Assembly: GCA_973895155.1 (NCBI GenBank)
Contig: OZ316891.1
Location: 8,309,875-8,373,874, forward strand
Source: Marsupella aquatica
Lineage: Eukaryota > Plantae > Marchantiophyta
Reading direction: 5' to 3'
DNA: 64,000 bases
Positions 1 through 9,437 of this stretch are shown one piece after another (within the stretch, counting starts at the first letter, position 1; every line of letters starts with the position of its first letter). The position numbers and the translations under genes were made by a program. Below the pieces are notes generated by a model that made no database searches, had not been told where the DNA came from, and saw nothing but the letters and a program-made list of their open reading frames with translations.

Positions 1-941
1 CAACATATCGCATGTTGGCACTGGACCATTTGTCGGGTTGCTTTCCACTCTCCAACATCAACTGAAGGGTCGTGGTTTAATCAAGCCTACACAAACGGTA
101 TCAGTCCACTATCAACAGATCAACTCACAATGACAAGTGTTAACATCCGACCGACAGGGAGGGTTATTAAATATTGAGTAACCCAATATCCTCTAATGAC
201 AAAAACAAATTGCAAAGGGGAAGAGAGTTTCAGACACAGATGCAAATGGAGAGTATAAATCAAAACTCAGGAGAAAGCAATTTGGGGCATCCAAAGACAC
301 AGGGAACAAACAACTACAATCAGTAGACATTGAAATTTATCCCGAATAAGTTTTGATCTCATCAAGTCAATGATCGTTTCCAACCTATGTTTGATAATTA
401 TTCAGTGAACGACCCTTGTCGACTCTAACATTGCTGACCAAACGTTGATTTAATTACTGTAGGTTTCTGCCTTTGCTCAACAGAAAAAAAAAACTGTGTG
501 AAACGGAACCGCGATTCAGAGAAACAGGCACACTGCAAAAAGCTCGGTGAATCTTCATAAAATGCTTCTTCACTTTTGAAGCAAACGAATACATCCTTTC
601 AGTAAAAGGGGAAAACCAAAATTCATAACAAAGGGGAAAACAAAGTACAATGAAGTAAAAGCACAAGGAAACTACAGTAGGTACAAAGAGGACAAACCTC
701 TAACAAGATTAAAAAAAGCAAGTGCAACCCTGCAAGAAGAGGAAAAAGAAACGGAAAAAGCAGGTAACACTTCACTAGTGGGATGGACGTCCTAAGCTAA
801 AACAAATGTGGCAAGAGCTAATGATCCACATATAGTGTCATAACTAAATTTGCAAGAGGAACATGCATGAACTCTATAGGGTACAAAATTCTGCCGATGC
901 AAACTAGCTTCCACTATGAAGGATGGACGATAAATTGCTGC

Positions 942-1053
942 ACAGTGTCACTGATGTGTGCTGACCATTTAAGTCTGTGGGGGAGTTGATTATTACAATG
1001 TCACTGAAGTGTGCTGACCATTTAAGTCTGTGTGGACGAGTTGATTATTGCAA
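942..1053. repeat. Two-copy tandem duplication, ~55 bp unit
   Basis: TGTCACTGA(T/A)GTGTGCTGACCATTTAAGTCTGTG..GAGTTGATTATT occurs twice back to back. Confidence 0.85.
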
Positions 1054-2267
1054 AGGTCCAGTAATTCAATTCAGTACTGTTGTTCTTATGCCTTAGTGTT
1101 ACTCCTCCATTCATAGCTTTGAACATGTACTCCATGTAGAAAACAAGAGCATTAGTCTCCATAATTCCACCCATATCCAACAAACTAACTCAGCGTCGAA
1201 GCTCTCACAATCACGAAGGATAAAAGTGAGGGTGTCTGGTTACAATTGCCAATACTACTCAGGCGTGAGATTGCCTCAAAACTTCAGGCGTACGATCCTC
1301 AAGCCTAACTAAAACCATCTTTTACGGAGCCACCCACTCATTACCAGATAACAACTGGATGAGACGAAAGCAAGTCGAACAAATATGCAAATTAATCCAA
1401 AGAGATTTCGGATGTTTCGCATTCAAAACCAACTATTTCCATACATTAATGGCTTTACTTGCGAGTTCCCACAGAGCAAGCGAATAGTAGCAGTGGCACT
1501 CCCACTGAGTCAACTCCTACATTGGACATTGACATGAGTCGAGGAAGCAAAAGCTTAAAATGATTGTATGATTGAATTGTGAAGTAGGCGCGGTATTATG
1601 TTGAGACCAGTTCAGGCTCAGCTGAATGAGTTTCGCGACCGTTAGAAATGCTAGCATAGATGGAAAGAAACTGTAAGCCATCTGCCATCCGGACAATTTG
1701 ATCAAATCCGAGAAGCACGCTCGCCAGAAATTTGCGAACTTACTAGAGGAAGTCGTTTCCCTGTCATTCCCATTATCCTCGTCCTGTTTTGGGTGAAGTT
1801 CCATCTACATTTGCATGGTGGAAATGTGAGGTACAAAGAACAGACTTAGGTCGCTTTACGGGAATTTACGCTGTGACCTCACGAGAATCAAGAAATGTGG
1901 CTTCGTTTGATGACTTGTCGTAAACTTTAATGCACGAAAACTCGTTTTCGAATCCTTTTCCAAGCCCAGTCCAGATTGCAACATGAAAACTTGGAGATTT
2001 CCTCATGGATCAGGGGACTTCAGTTGCACCGTGGCAGCAAGCACTAAACTTGAAGAATTCACGGATCTCAGCGCTTTCTATTGCACCGTGGCATCAAGCT
2101 ATCCCAACCACCCTTCTCTCTCGGCTGCCATTGCATTTCACACTCGAAGCAGGAAAGTCTAATTTTACAACAGAATACTAGACACCCGGAAATTACGGCA
2201 CGATCTCCGATGTTTGCGGATGAGTACAGCGGATTCAATCAGTGCTGCTGAGCTGCAAAAGTGCAAA

Positions 2268-2859
2268 ACCGACATGGCTTCTCATCAGGTGGCGGTACAT
2301 TGCTGCATTGTTCTCCCAGTCGCCCAAACTAAGGAAGTCTAGTGCACCTGTAAAATGGAGACACGCCATCCCAAAAGCATTCAAGACAACCAGGACAAAG
2401 CAAACGACCCCCCAAGCTTCATATCTCTCCGCGTGTCCTGCTACATCCTTGCATGTATGTACACTTGTCATGGGCTGAACTGCAATCCTCGTAGTTTCCT
2501 ACGCGGCGATCGTCGTGCCGAGATTTCACAGCGACACCTGTTATTCCACCGAACCAATCCATGTGGACCGGTCGGATCGAGACCATCAGTGACTCCGCCC
2601 CAAACTGTCAAGTCGCTGAGAAGACCATTCCAACGGGGGGAGTACAATTGTTAATTAAGATTGGAGAAAGTTCAGCGGCGTTCTTGGAGAATTAATGATC
2701 TTCTAAGGATCCCAGCTGAACCTTTGATCGCCCAGATCGACCATCGGAATGGCTCTAAGGAAGATTAGGAGCTCATCTTTGAGATAAGATCGAAATTATG
2801 AGGAGAGAGTAGTCTCCAAGGTCGGTGACTGCGAGGCTGAATGTGGTATAAAGCATGCA
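2268..2859 (+). promoter_or_regulatory. Putative stress/ABA-responsive promoter of the dehydrin
   Basis: DRE/CRT core ACCGAC at 2268-2273 and on the minus strand at 2821-2826; CE3/ABRE-like CGCGTGTC at 2430-2437; TATAAA at 2847-2852; RY-like CATGCA at 2854-2859. All are short motifs that can occur by chance, but they lie upstream of a dehydrin. Confidence 0.45.
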
Positions 2860-3078
2860 GCACTCCCCCCCGCTTTTCAACATTCACTCTCCATTTCTCA
2901 ATCCATCCTCACTTATCTGCAACAACTCGCTTTTTTACATACAAAGTGGTGATCATTCTGTCTTTCCCACTTATCATTCCGACAGTTTACAGTCGACATT
3001 CTTTGGAGAGGATCGAAGTCGAAGACTTGGGAGTTGCGAGAATTGGCGTGTTAGCTTCATTGACGTTAGCGATCCAAC

Positions 3079-3696
3079 ATGGCACAGTATGAGACGAACA
3101 CCAACGTGGTGCAGAAACCCGGAATTGTCGAGAAGGTGAAGCTCAAGGCTGAGGGCCTGATGGACAAGGTAACGGGACATAGTCACACCGGCACCACGAC
3201 TGGTGTTGGAGGAGCAGGAACGACGACGCCTGGGTTGGGCGGAGCAGGATCGAACATGTCAGGCGGGGGTGCCGGTTATGGACACCAGCAGCCAGGCTAC
3301 GGAGAGTCGCAGCAGCTCGGGACCAACACCGGGTACGCGGAGCAGCAGCCCCATGGTCACCACAACCACGGCCTTGGAGGACAGCAACCAATGATGGGAA
3401 CCACCGATGCCGCCTATGGACAACCCCAACATCATAGCGTCGTGGACAAGGTGAAGGACGCCGTCGAGCCCGGTCGCCAATCTGATCATGTGGGTGCTGG
3501 ATACGGTACTGGCACTGGCACTGGCACTGGCCATCACACCGGAACTGGCACTGGCATTGGCACTGGCCATCATACCGGGACTGGCACAGCTTCGGGAACG
3601 ACAGGCATGTCTTTAACCGACAAGATCAAGAGCAAGCTACCAGGCCATCACACTACCGGTACTGGAGCTGGCTACGATAACCAGGGCAAATATTGA
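3079..3696 (+). CDS. DHN: Dehydrin (LEA group 2), Gly/Thr/His-rich, 205 aa
   Basis: K-segment-like motifs KPGIVEKVKLKAEG, HSVVDKVKDAVEPG and MSLTDKIKSKLPGHH; low-complexity GTGTG/GHHTG phi-like segments; hydrophilic, no Cys or Trp; good start context AACATGG. Confidence 0.9.
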   Translation: MAQYETNTNVVQKPGIVEKVKLKAEGLMDKVTGHSHTGTTTGVGGAGTTTPGLGGAGSNMSGGGAGYGHQQPGYGESQQLGTNTGYAEQQPHGHHNHGLGGQQPMMGTTDAAYGQPQHHSVVDKVKDAVEPGRQSDHVGAGYGTGTGTGTGHHTGTGTGIGTGHHTGTGTASGTTGMSLTDKIKSKLPGHHTTGTGAGYDNQGKY

Positions 3697-4285
3697 GCTG
3701 AGCAGGTCTTCGGAAGCCTTGACTGTGTGCGTTTGTGTCACATTGATCGAGAGTCGGCTCTAGCTAGCATCAGAAGTAGCTCGTTTCATAGATCTATCGC
3801 TAGACACTCGTCGAGTGTTAAGATCAATGACGAGTGGTCCATGCCACCATTACACTGACCTGGTGATGCATTGGAGCTTGGAGCTTGGATTATCAGTACC
3901 TAGCACCATCCTAGCATTGTCGCATTATCTAATGTGCAAGTTTGAAGATAGTTAAAATCCTTGCTGAATGGGTTGGTTTCCTCCCACGTAGGAAAGAAGG
4001 TTTCAAAGTAGGCAAATCTCTGCATGTGGAATCGAAGATGACAATAATTCTCCCACGCAGGATACCAGAAAAGTAGCCCAATGTAGGCGATATGAGCATT
4101 AGCTGAAACTAGTTGGTGTTATGAAATCGATCATGACAGTGGGCACTATGGTGCAAATGTAATCTTAACGTGTGAGTCTTTTTACTGTAAATTCCAATGA
4201 AATCGAATATGACAGAGGTACATGGTGGAGGAGGACCATTTGATTATAATGAAACTATCATTTGTATCATTGCTTGGGCTGTTTT

Positions 4286-4580
4286 GTCTCAGTTTGCAGA
4301 GTGTAGCATTGATTTCAAATCTTGAGACCATTTGATTATAGCTGTACATCTGGTTGACGGACAGCTTGGACTCCTTTGTCTCAGTTTGCACAGTGTAGCA
4401 TTGAGACCATTTGATTATAGCTGTACATCTGGTTGACCGACAACTTGGACTCCTCTGTCTTAGTTTGCACAGTGTAGCATTGATTTCAAATTTGAGACCA
4501 TTTGATTATAGCTGCACATCTGAAGTGTAGCATTGCTTTGAATACTTTGAGAGAACGACCAATGAATTGTAGCCGTATAT
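4286..4580. repeat. Tandem repeat of ~80-95 bp units inside repeat copy 1
   Basis: AGTGTAGCATTG...GAGACCATTTGATTATAGCTG(T/C)ACATCTG recurs 3-4 times; fewer units at the matching place in copy 2. Confidence 0.8.
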
Positions 4581-5041
4581 CTGGTTTAACTCTTGCATGT
4601 TGATTGACATTTTAGTCATGCGCAAGTCTGGTTGTGCAGATTAAAACAATTAGAAATTGAAATCAAGAATTTTTGTATCATCTGCATGTACAATACCAAC
4701 ATAAATTCACTGCACTAACATTTTCCATGAATTGAAACCGAAAGATTTAGCCAAAACGAAAATGGAGTGATGGAGTGATAGTGCGAAAGAGGTGGCCAAA
4801 ACCATGAATTGAAACCGAAAAAGTTAGCCAAAACCATCAATTGTAACCTATTCGGATGATTATGCTTCGGATGATTATGCTTCTTCTCTTGATTCAAATG
4901 CAATATTAAATTACCACCTGAAGAAGTTCGAAAGTAGAAAAAGTAAAAATTTGGAAAATTCTGTCATCCCCTGGAACAATGATGTCTACAACGTCCGAAA
5001 ACTAAAATACATCATGTCTGTAGAAGAATTTGGTAATAAAT

Positions 5042-5137
5042 GCGATTAATCCAGCATCTCATAGTCCAAGCAATGCGAGTGAAAAGGAGCGATTAATCCA
5101 GCATCTCATAGTCCAAGCAATGCGAGTGAAAAGGAGC
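5042..5137. repeat. Perfect ~47 bp tandem duplication
   Basis: GCGATTAATCCAGCATCTCATAGTCCAAGCAATGCGAGTGAAAAGGA occurs twice. Confidence 0.9.
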
Positions 5138-6330
5138 TGAAGTTTCTGCAAACTTCTCGTTCTCAGTGTGTTAACTGATTGGTCTTCAACAGTTACTATT
5201 GACGAACATCCATATTTCGTGGATACATTGCGTATTGTGGTTCAAAATCTGAATCCAGTCCCTACCTTTGACTGACGGCCCCAAAACTCTACCTTGAATG
5301 CCATGTAAATTTCATCAACTATGGCTTCACCCTGAACGTTTCAGATTTCTTCTGAGTACCACACCCTTGATCCCCCCACACATTCTGACCCAACTCCGAA
5401 CGTCGCTCTCGACGATGGTTATTATCAGCCTCCACACACTTCTTGATGTACATTTGGAGTTTTTCCCAATCTCGTAGACTTAGTGACCAGGCCTTTGTCT
5501 TTAGCTGCCTTGGGACTTCATAACTTGGGTGTCAGGCCTGTAGCTCAGGGTTCATAAATGAAAATTCTGCTCCCTTAAGTGTTCAAGATTCAGTTCTTCA
5601 TAGTCAGAGACGTAAGAATTGAACAAGTAACTCAAGGTTTCCCTTGGATCTCATCTTAACGTCTAGGTGCAAAGCGTGTCACAGAATATTTCCTTAAAAG
5701 CCCAAAACAAATAATCATAGGAATTGTTGATCACATGCAGAAGAAACTCAAGATTTCCATTCTCTCCCAAAGCACATAACCAGCATGGATGCGCGATGCC
5801 AACAGTAACTGTTGCATTGCAAAACTTGGCTTCGAGTAACAACAATAAGAGTGAGAGAGAGTTTTCTGAAGTAGACCACTAAGAATGTCCACAGATTGTT
5901 ATGAATTCTATATACACCTTAAGTGGTAAGTTCATTGCTAGTGAGATGATTCACTTCCATTTGTTGTAATCTCACTTGGTCAACATTTGGTTGCATGGGC
6001 AAGACCATAGATGTTGACTGGATAGTTTGTTAAATTGAGCATATCAAATGTCCGCCTTTGAGGGGTGAAAGAGTCTGCGAGGGCCATAGACCAAAAGTCT
6101 CTTGCTCCACCAAAAATCCAGCTGGTTAGTCCCAACAACGTTTTCTTAAATGTTCACATCCTCCAAAACCCAAATACCCTCCTAGTTCACCATATAGTCC
6201 TCTAGCTTCGAAATGTTTTTAGAGCTAAGAACATCGCTGGGTCCAACCATGAATGATTGTTGTCATATGAACAATGTAGTTGCTACCTATGATTCCGAAT
6301 GTTCTGATCCAAATTATTTGATCTCTTCAG

Positions 6331-6847
6331 GTGGAAGTGCCTATTCATGAAGTTCATGGGCTTCCAAACTATCCTCTTGATTTGGAGAGACGCTGCTTGG
6401 ATGTGAAGGAGAGGCTTGCTGGTGGAGCTCTTCTTGGAATTTTGGCATGGGTGGGATTGACAAGACCACTCTTGCAATGCAAGCATTTAACATTCTTTCC
6501 AAAGACTTTGAATAATAAACTTTGTGGATAATGTAAAAGGCATCCCATTACACGAATTGCAGGATCGGGTTCTCAATCACTTTTATCACAATGGGAAGAA
6601 ACCAGATAAAGGTGTAATTGAGTGGCAGCATTTGCAGAGCAAGAAAGCTTTAATTGCCATGGATGACGTAGATGCGCAGGATCAGCTCATCATTCTACCA
6701 AGATTGGAGCACAGGTTGAGAGAAGCACAAGCCATAACTGCGGAGAAACGGGACAGGGTCAGGGCTTCCTTGAGGATAAGCTATGATGCCCAGTTACCAG
6801 AGGAACAGGGGATCGATGTTCATCGAGGCTGCGTCGATTTTCTTTGA
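6331..6847 (+). pseudogene. Degenerate NB-ARC (NLR resistance-gene) fragment
   Basis: Frameshifted pieces give a P-loop GMGGIDKTTLA (6444-6476, canonical G replaced by D, stop at 6513), kinase-2 KKALIAMDDVDAQDQL and a LRISYDAQLPEEQ segment resembling the region before RNBS-D. The GLPL region appears deleted. Possible splice acceptor TTCAG at 6326-6330. Confidence 0.8.
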
Positions 6848-7177
6848 ACAGCCATTGGAGCCAGTCTAATGCAGTTCAACCCATCTTCTTCGCAACGGCC
6901 CAAAGCATTCCCGTATATCATCTGTCTTGTATTCGTGCATTGAAAACCCCGGAGGTTGCCATTGCTGGAGGGGCCTTCGGGAGCTCCACCTGGGACCTGC
7001 GTCGAGCCATTCACCTTTATTGAGAAGTTGAAGGGATCCGAAATATCTGGAATGTTAGCAAGGTAAGGAAATAGATTTGGAAGGAATGGAATCCAATGCA
7101 CGAAAGGGAAGCTGTGTGGTATAAATTCAAACTGCCAAATCTTACTGTAAAAGCGCAAACTCAAGCCTACTATTAAA

Positions 7178-7515
7178 GGCCTAGGTCTAGAGTGAAGACT
7201 CTAGACCTTAACTCTTTACCAATAGAGACAAAAATTGATCTGTTTACCTTACTATAAAAATAAAAGTGCCAACTGAAATCTACTTTTAAAGGCCTAGGTG
7301 TAAAGTGAAGACTCTAGACTTACTATAAAAGTGTCAATGCTTTTAAAGGCTTAGGTCTAGAGTGAAGACTCTAGACAATAACTCCCAGGTCTAGAGTGAA
7401 GACTGTAGACTTACTATCAAAGTGCCAACTCTATAGTAGATTTACTATGATATGAAAAGTGTCAATTGAAGTCTATTTTTAAGGGCCTAGGTCTAGAGCG
7501 AAGACTCTAGACTGC
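7178..7515. repeat. Array of five short hairpin units, GTCTAGAGT-GAAG-ACTCTAGAC
   Basis: Copies start at ~7183, 7296, 7353, 7387 and 7489; 9-11 bp stem with GAAG loop; related spacers (TTACTATAAAAGTG(C/T)CAA). Confidence 0.85.
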
Positions 7516-7629
7516 AACTCCCAATAGAGAACAATGATCTTGAAATTCAATAAGGTCAAAATTTTAAACAAGGATGAACAAAAATAACATTAACTCTAAA
7601 AAGACAACTAAAAAGCGCAGGAAGACAAG

Positions 7630-7720
7630 ATCCCTCAGGCGGCAAAAGACCCAATCAAAAGGGGTAACCAAATCATCCCTCAGGCAAAAGACCCAATGAA
7701 AGGGGGACAACCAAAGGACC
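7630..7720. repeat. Two copies of a dispersed A-rich repeat (GGCAAAAGACCCAAT..AAGGGG), possibly a retroelement end
   Basis: Similar segments at ~24941, ~41872 and ~42165, and inverted at ~63810. Confidence 0.55.
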
Positions 7721-8192
7721 TAGAAAGGCCATGAGTCCATGACGCAAAGAAAGTCGTTCACGTATGACGTATGACGAGGTCTCACTTGGTCGCACCCTAC
7801 AGTCGTGTACCTACCAACGGTGTTCCCAAAATCTTGCAGAAGGCGCAGCGAGCCTACCAAAACATCTACTGTACAGTTAGTAGGAGCCCCGCACTTCAAG
7901 ACTCTCGGCCGTATCTCACAACCTTCACGTGAATTTATAAGCTCGCTGATTTTCGCATCTCAGAAAGCTTCACTTGGAATTCGCATCCCAGTAGCTTCAG
8001 AAAAACTCTCTCTTCAGGGGGGTGTGTCTCTCATGCTCGACGAAAACGGTCACCTTCCTTGTGTCATCTCACCAGCCTTCATCGCAGAGAATTCTCTCCG
8101 GTCGTTCTTTCCTCCTCACAAAAAACTGGAATGCTGGTTGTATGCTATAGCTCACCAATCTCACGTCCTTAGATCAGCTTCACCAACCCACA

Positions 8193-9437
8193 ATGGCCTC
8201 GCCAATCTACCCACTCCCACCAGGCGTCTACGCCGTCCCCTCTCACCTCCTTGATCTGCGGGCGGATTCTGAAGTGGATTATGACCTCCTTCATCCCAAG
8301 CCCGTGTCCGATGAGAAGAACATTTGGTTCTTCTGGCACTCTGGCTACACGCAGATGCACCCCTACACGAAGAGAAATATTAGAGCATGGCATCGGCGCA
8401 TCTCCAAGCAAGGGTGGACGATTCGCGTCCTCGACCGCCTCTCCTCCTCGCCCCTGAACGTCGCAAACTTCCTTGACATCTCTGACCCGGGCACTTTTCC
8501 CGTTGCGTTCGTGGATGGGACCATCGGCGGTGACTACGCGCCCCAGCATACCTCCGACCTCGTCCGGTTTCCACTTCTGCTCAAGTACGGGGGTGTGTAC
8601 GCCGATGTAGGGTTGATGCAAATCGGCGACTTGAATCGACTATGGAGCGAGACTGTTGGCAACCCTGCCTCGCGGTTCGATGTCCTCACTTACAACGCTG
8701 GCGGCGTCGAGGTGCGCAGTCTGACGAACTACTTCCTTTGCTCTGGACGGAACAATCCGTTCTTTGCACGCTGTCACAAGCTTCTGCTGGAGTTGTGGGC
8801 CGCCGACGGCGGCAAGACGAGCACTGACGGAATGCACAGCAGTCCATTGCTAACGGGGGTTGAGCTGTTGGGGGAAGGATTATATACAATTGAGGAGGGC
8901 GAGAAGAAGATTGGGCCGGAAGAAGTCAGTAGGATGTTAACGGATTACATTATTCAGGCTCAGGTGATGACGCTTGTCATGGGTCTCATCGATGAAGAAG
9001 ATGGCTGGGACGGACCAAAGTATGTCGCAGAGCACTTGTACGCCATCGAGTACATGGTGGGCTCGCAGCTCATTAACCAGATGACTGAATGGGACGGGAA
9101 GAAGGCCTTCACTCTAATGTCGCTTCCGCTTCCGAAAGAAGGTGAAGTGGAGACCGCAGAGCAGAAACAGGCCAGGGAGATCGTCGAGGAATGCTTGCAA
9201 AAGAGCTTCGGATTTAAGCTCGCTCATGGGCTGATTCTGAGAGTCTTCGGAGACACCTTGGGGTCGCTGTGGAGGAAGCATGAGGGCTCGGATAATGTAC
9301 CAGGGACCTACGCGCATTATTTGAGGCACGGGACAACGTATTGGAATCAGGACGGTGTTCCACCTGGGCTGGAATTCAAGGTTATCGAGCCGATTAAGAG
9401 GGGCCCGTTGTTGAGGTCCACGCCATCATTACACTGA
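8193..9437 (+). CDS. Fungal-type 'capsule polysaccharide synthesis' (Caps_synth/GT32-like, DxD-type) glycosyltransferase, 414 aa, intronless; probable HGT
   Basis: Uninterrupted 414-codon ORF. Motifs KNIWFFWHSG, RNIRAWHRR, HTSDLVRFPLLLKYGGVYADVG and LTNYFL match my recollection of ascomycete Caps_synth proteins. No signal peptide or TM segment is evident, and it is GC-richer than its flanks. Confidence 0.85.
   Translation: MASPIYPLPPGVYAVPSHLLDLRADSEVDYDLLHPKPVSDEKNIWFFWHSGYTQMHPYTKRNIRAWHRRISKQGWTIRVLDRLSSSPLNVANFLDISDPGTFPVAFVDGTIGGDYAPQHTSDLVRFPLLLKYGGVYADVGLMQIGDLNRLWSETVGNPASRFDVLTYNAGGVEVRSLTNYFLCSGRNNPFFARCHKLLLELWAADGGKTSTDGMHSSPLLTGVELLGEGLYTIEEGEKKIGPEEVSRMLTDYIIQAQVMTLVMGLIDEEDGWDGPKYVAEHLYAIEYMVGSQLINQMTEWDGKKAFTLMSLPLPKEGEVETAEQKQAREIVEECLQKSFGFKLAHGLILRVFGDTLGSLWRKHEGSDNVPGTYAHYLRHGTTYWNQDGVPPGLEFKVIEPIKRGPLLRSTPSLH

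Larger units (their letters stand above)
3836..5650 (+). repeat. Segmental direct repeat, copy 1 (~1.8 kb; dehydrin 3'UTR and downstream region)
   Basis: Aligns by eye with 9415-11250 from GGTCCA(T/C)GCCA(C/T)CATTACACTGA to AAGTAACTCAAGGTTTCCCTTGGATC. Confidence 0.95.

Noticed and set aside
7178-7515. CRISPR-like array (palindromic repeats with spacers)
   Set aside because: Spacers are very unequal in length and similar to one another, there are no cas genes, and the context is eukaryotic
7805-8254. 149 aa ORF overlapping the GT start, plus antisense ORFs at 8169-9329
   Set aside because: No recognisable domain; best explained as shadow frames of a GC-rich CDS and its leader
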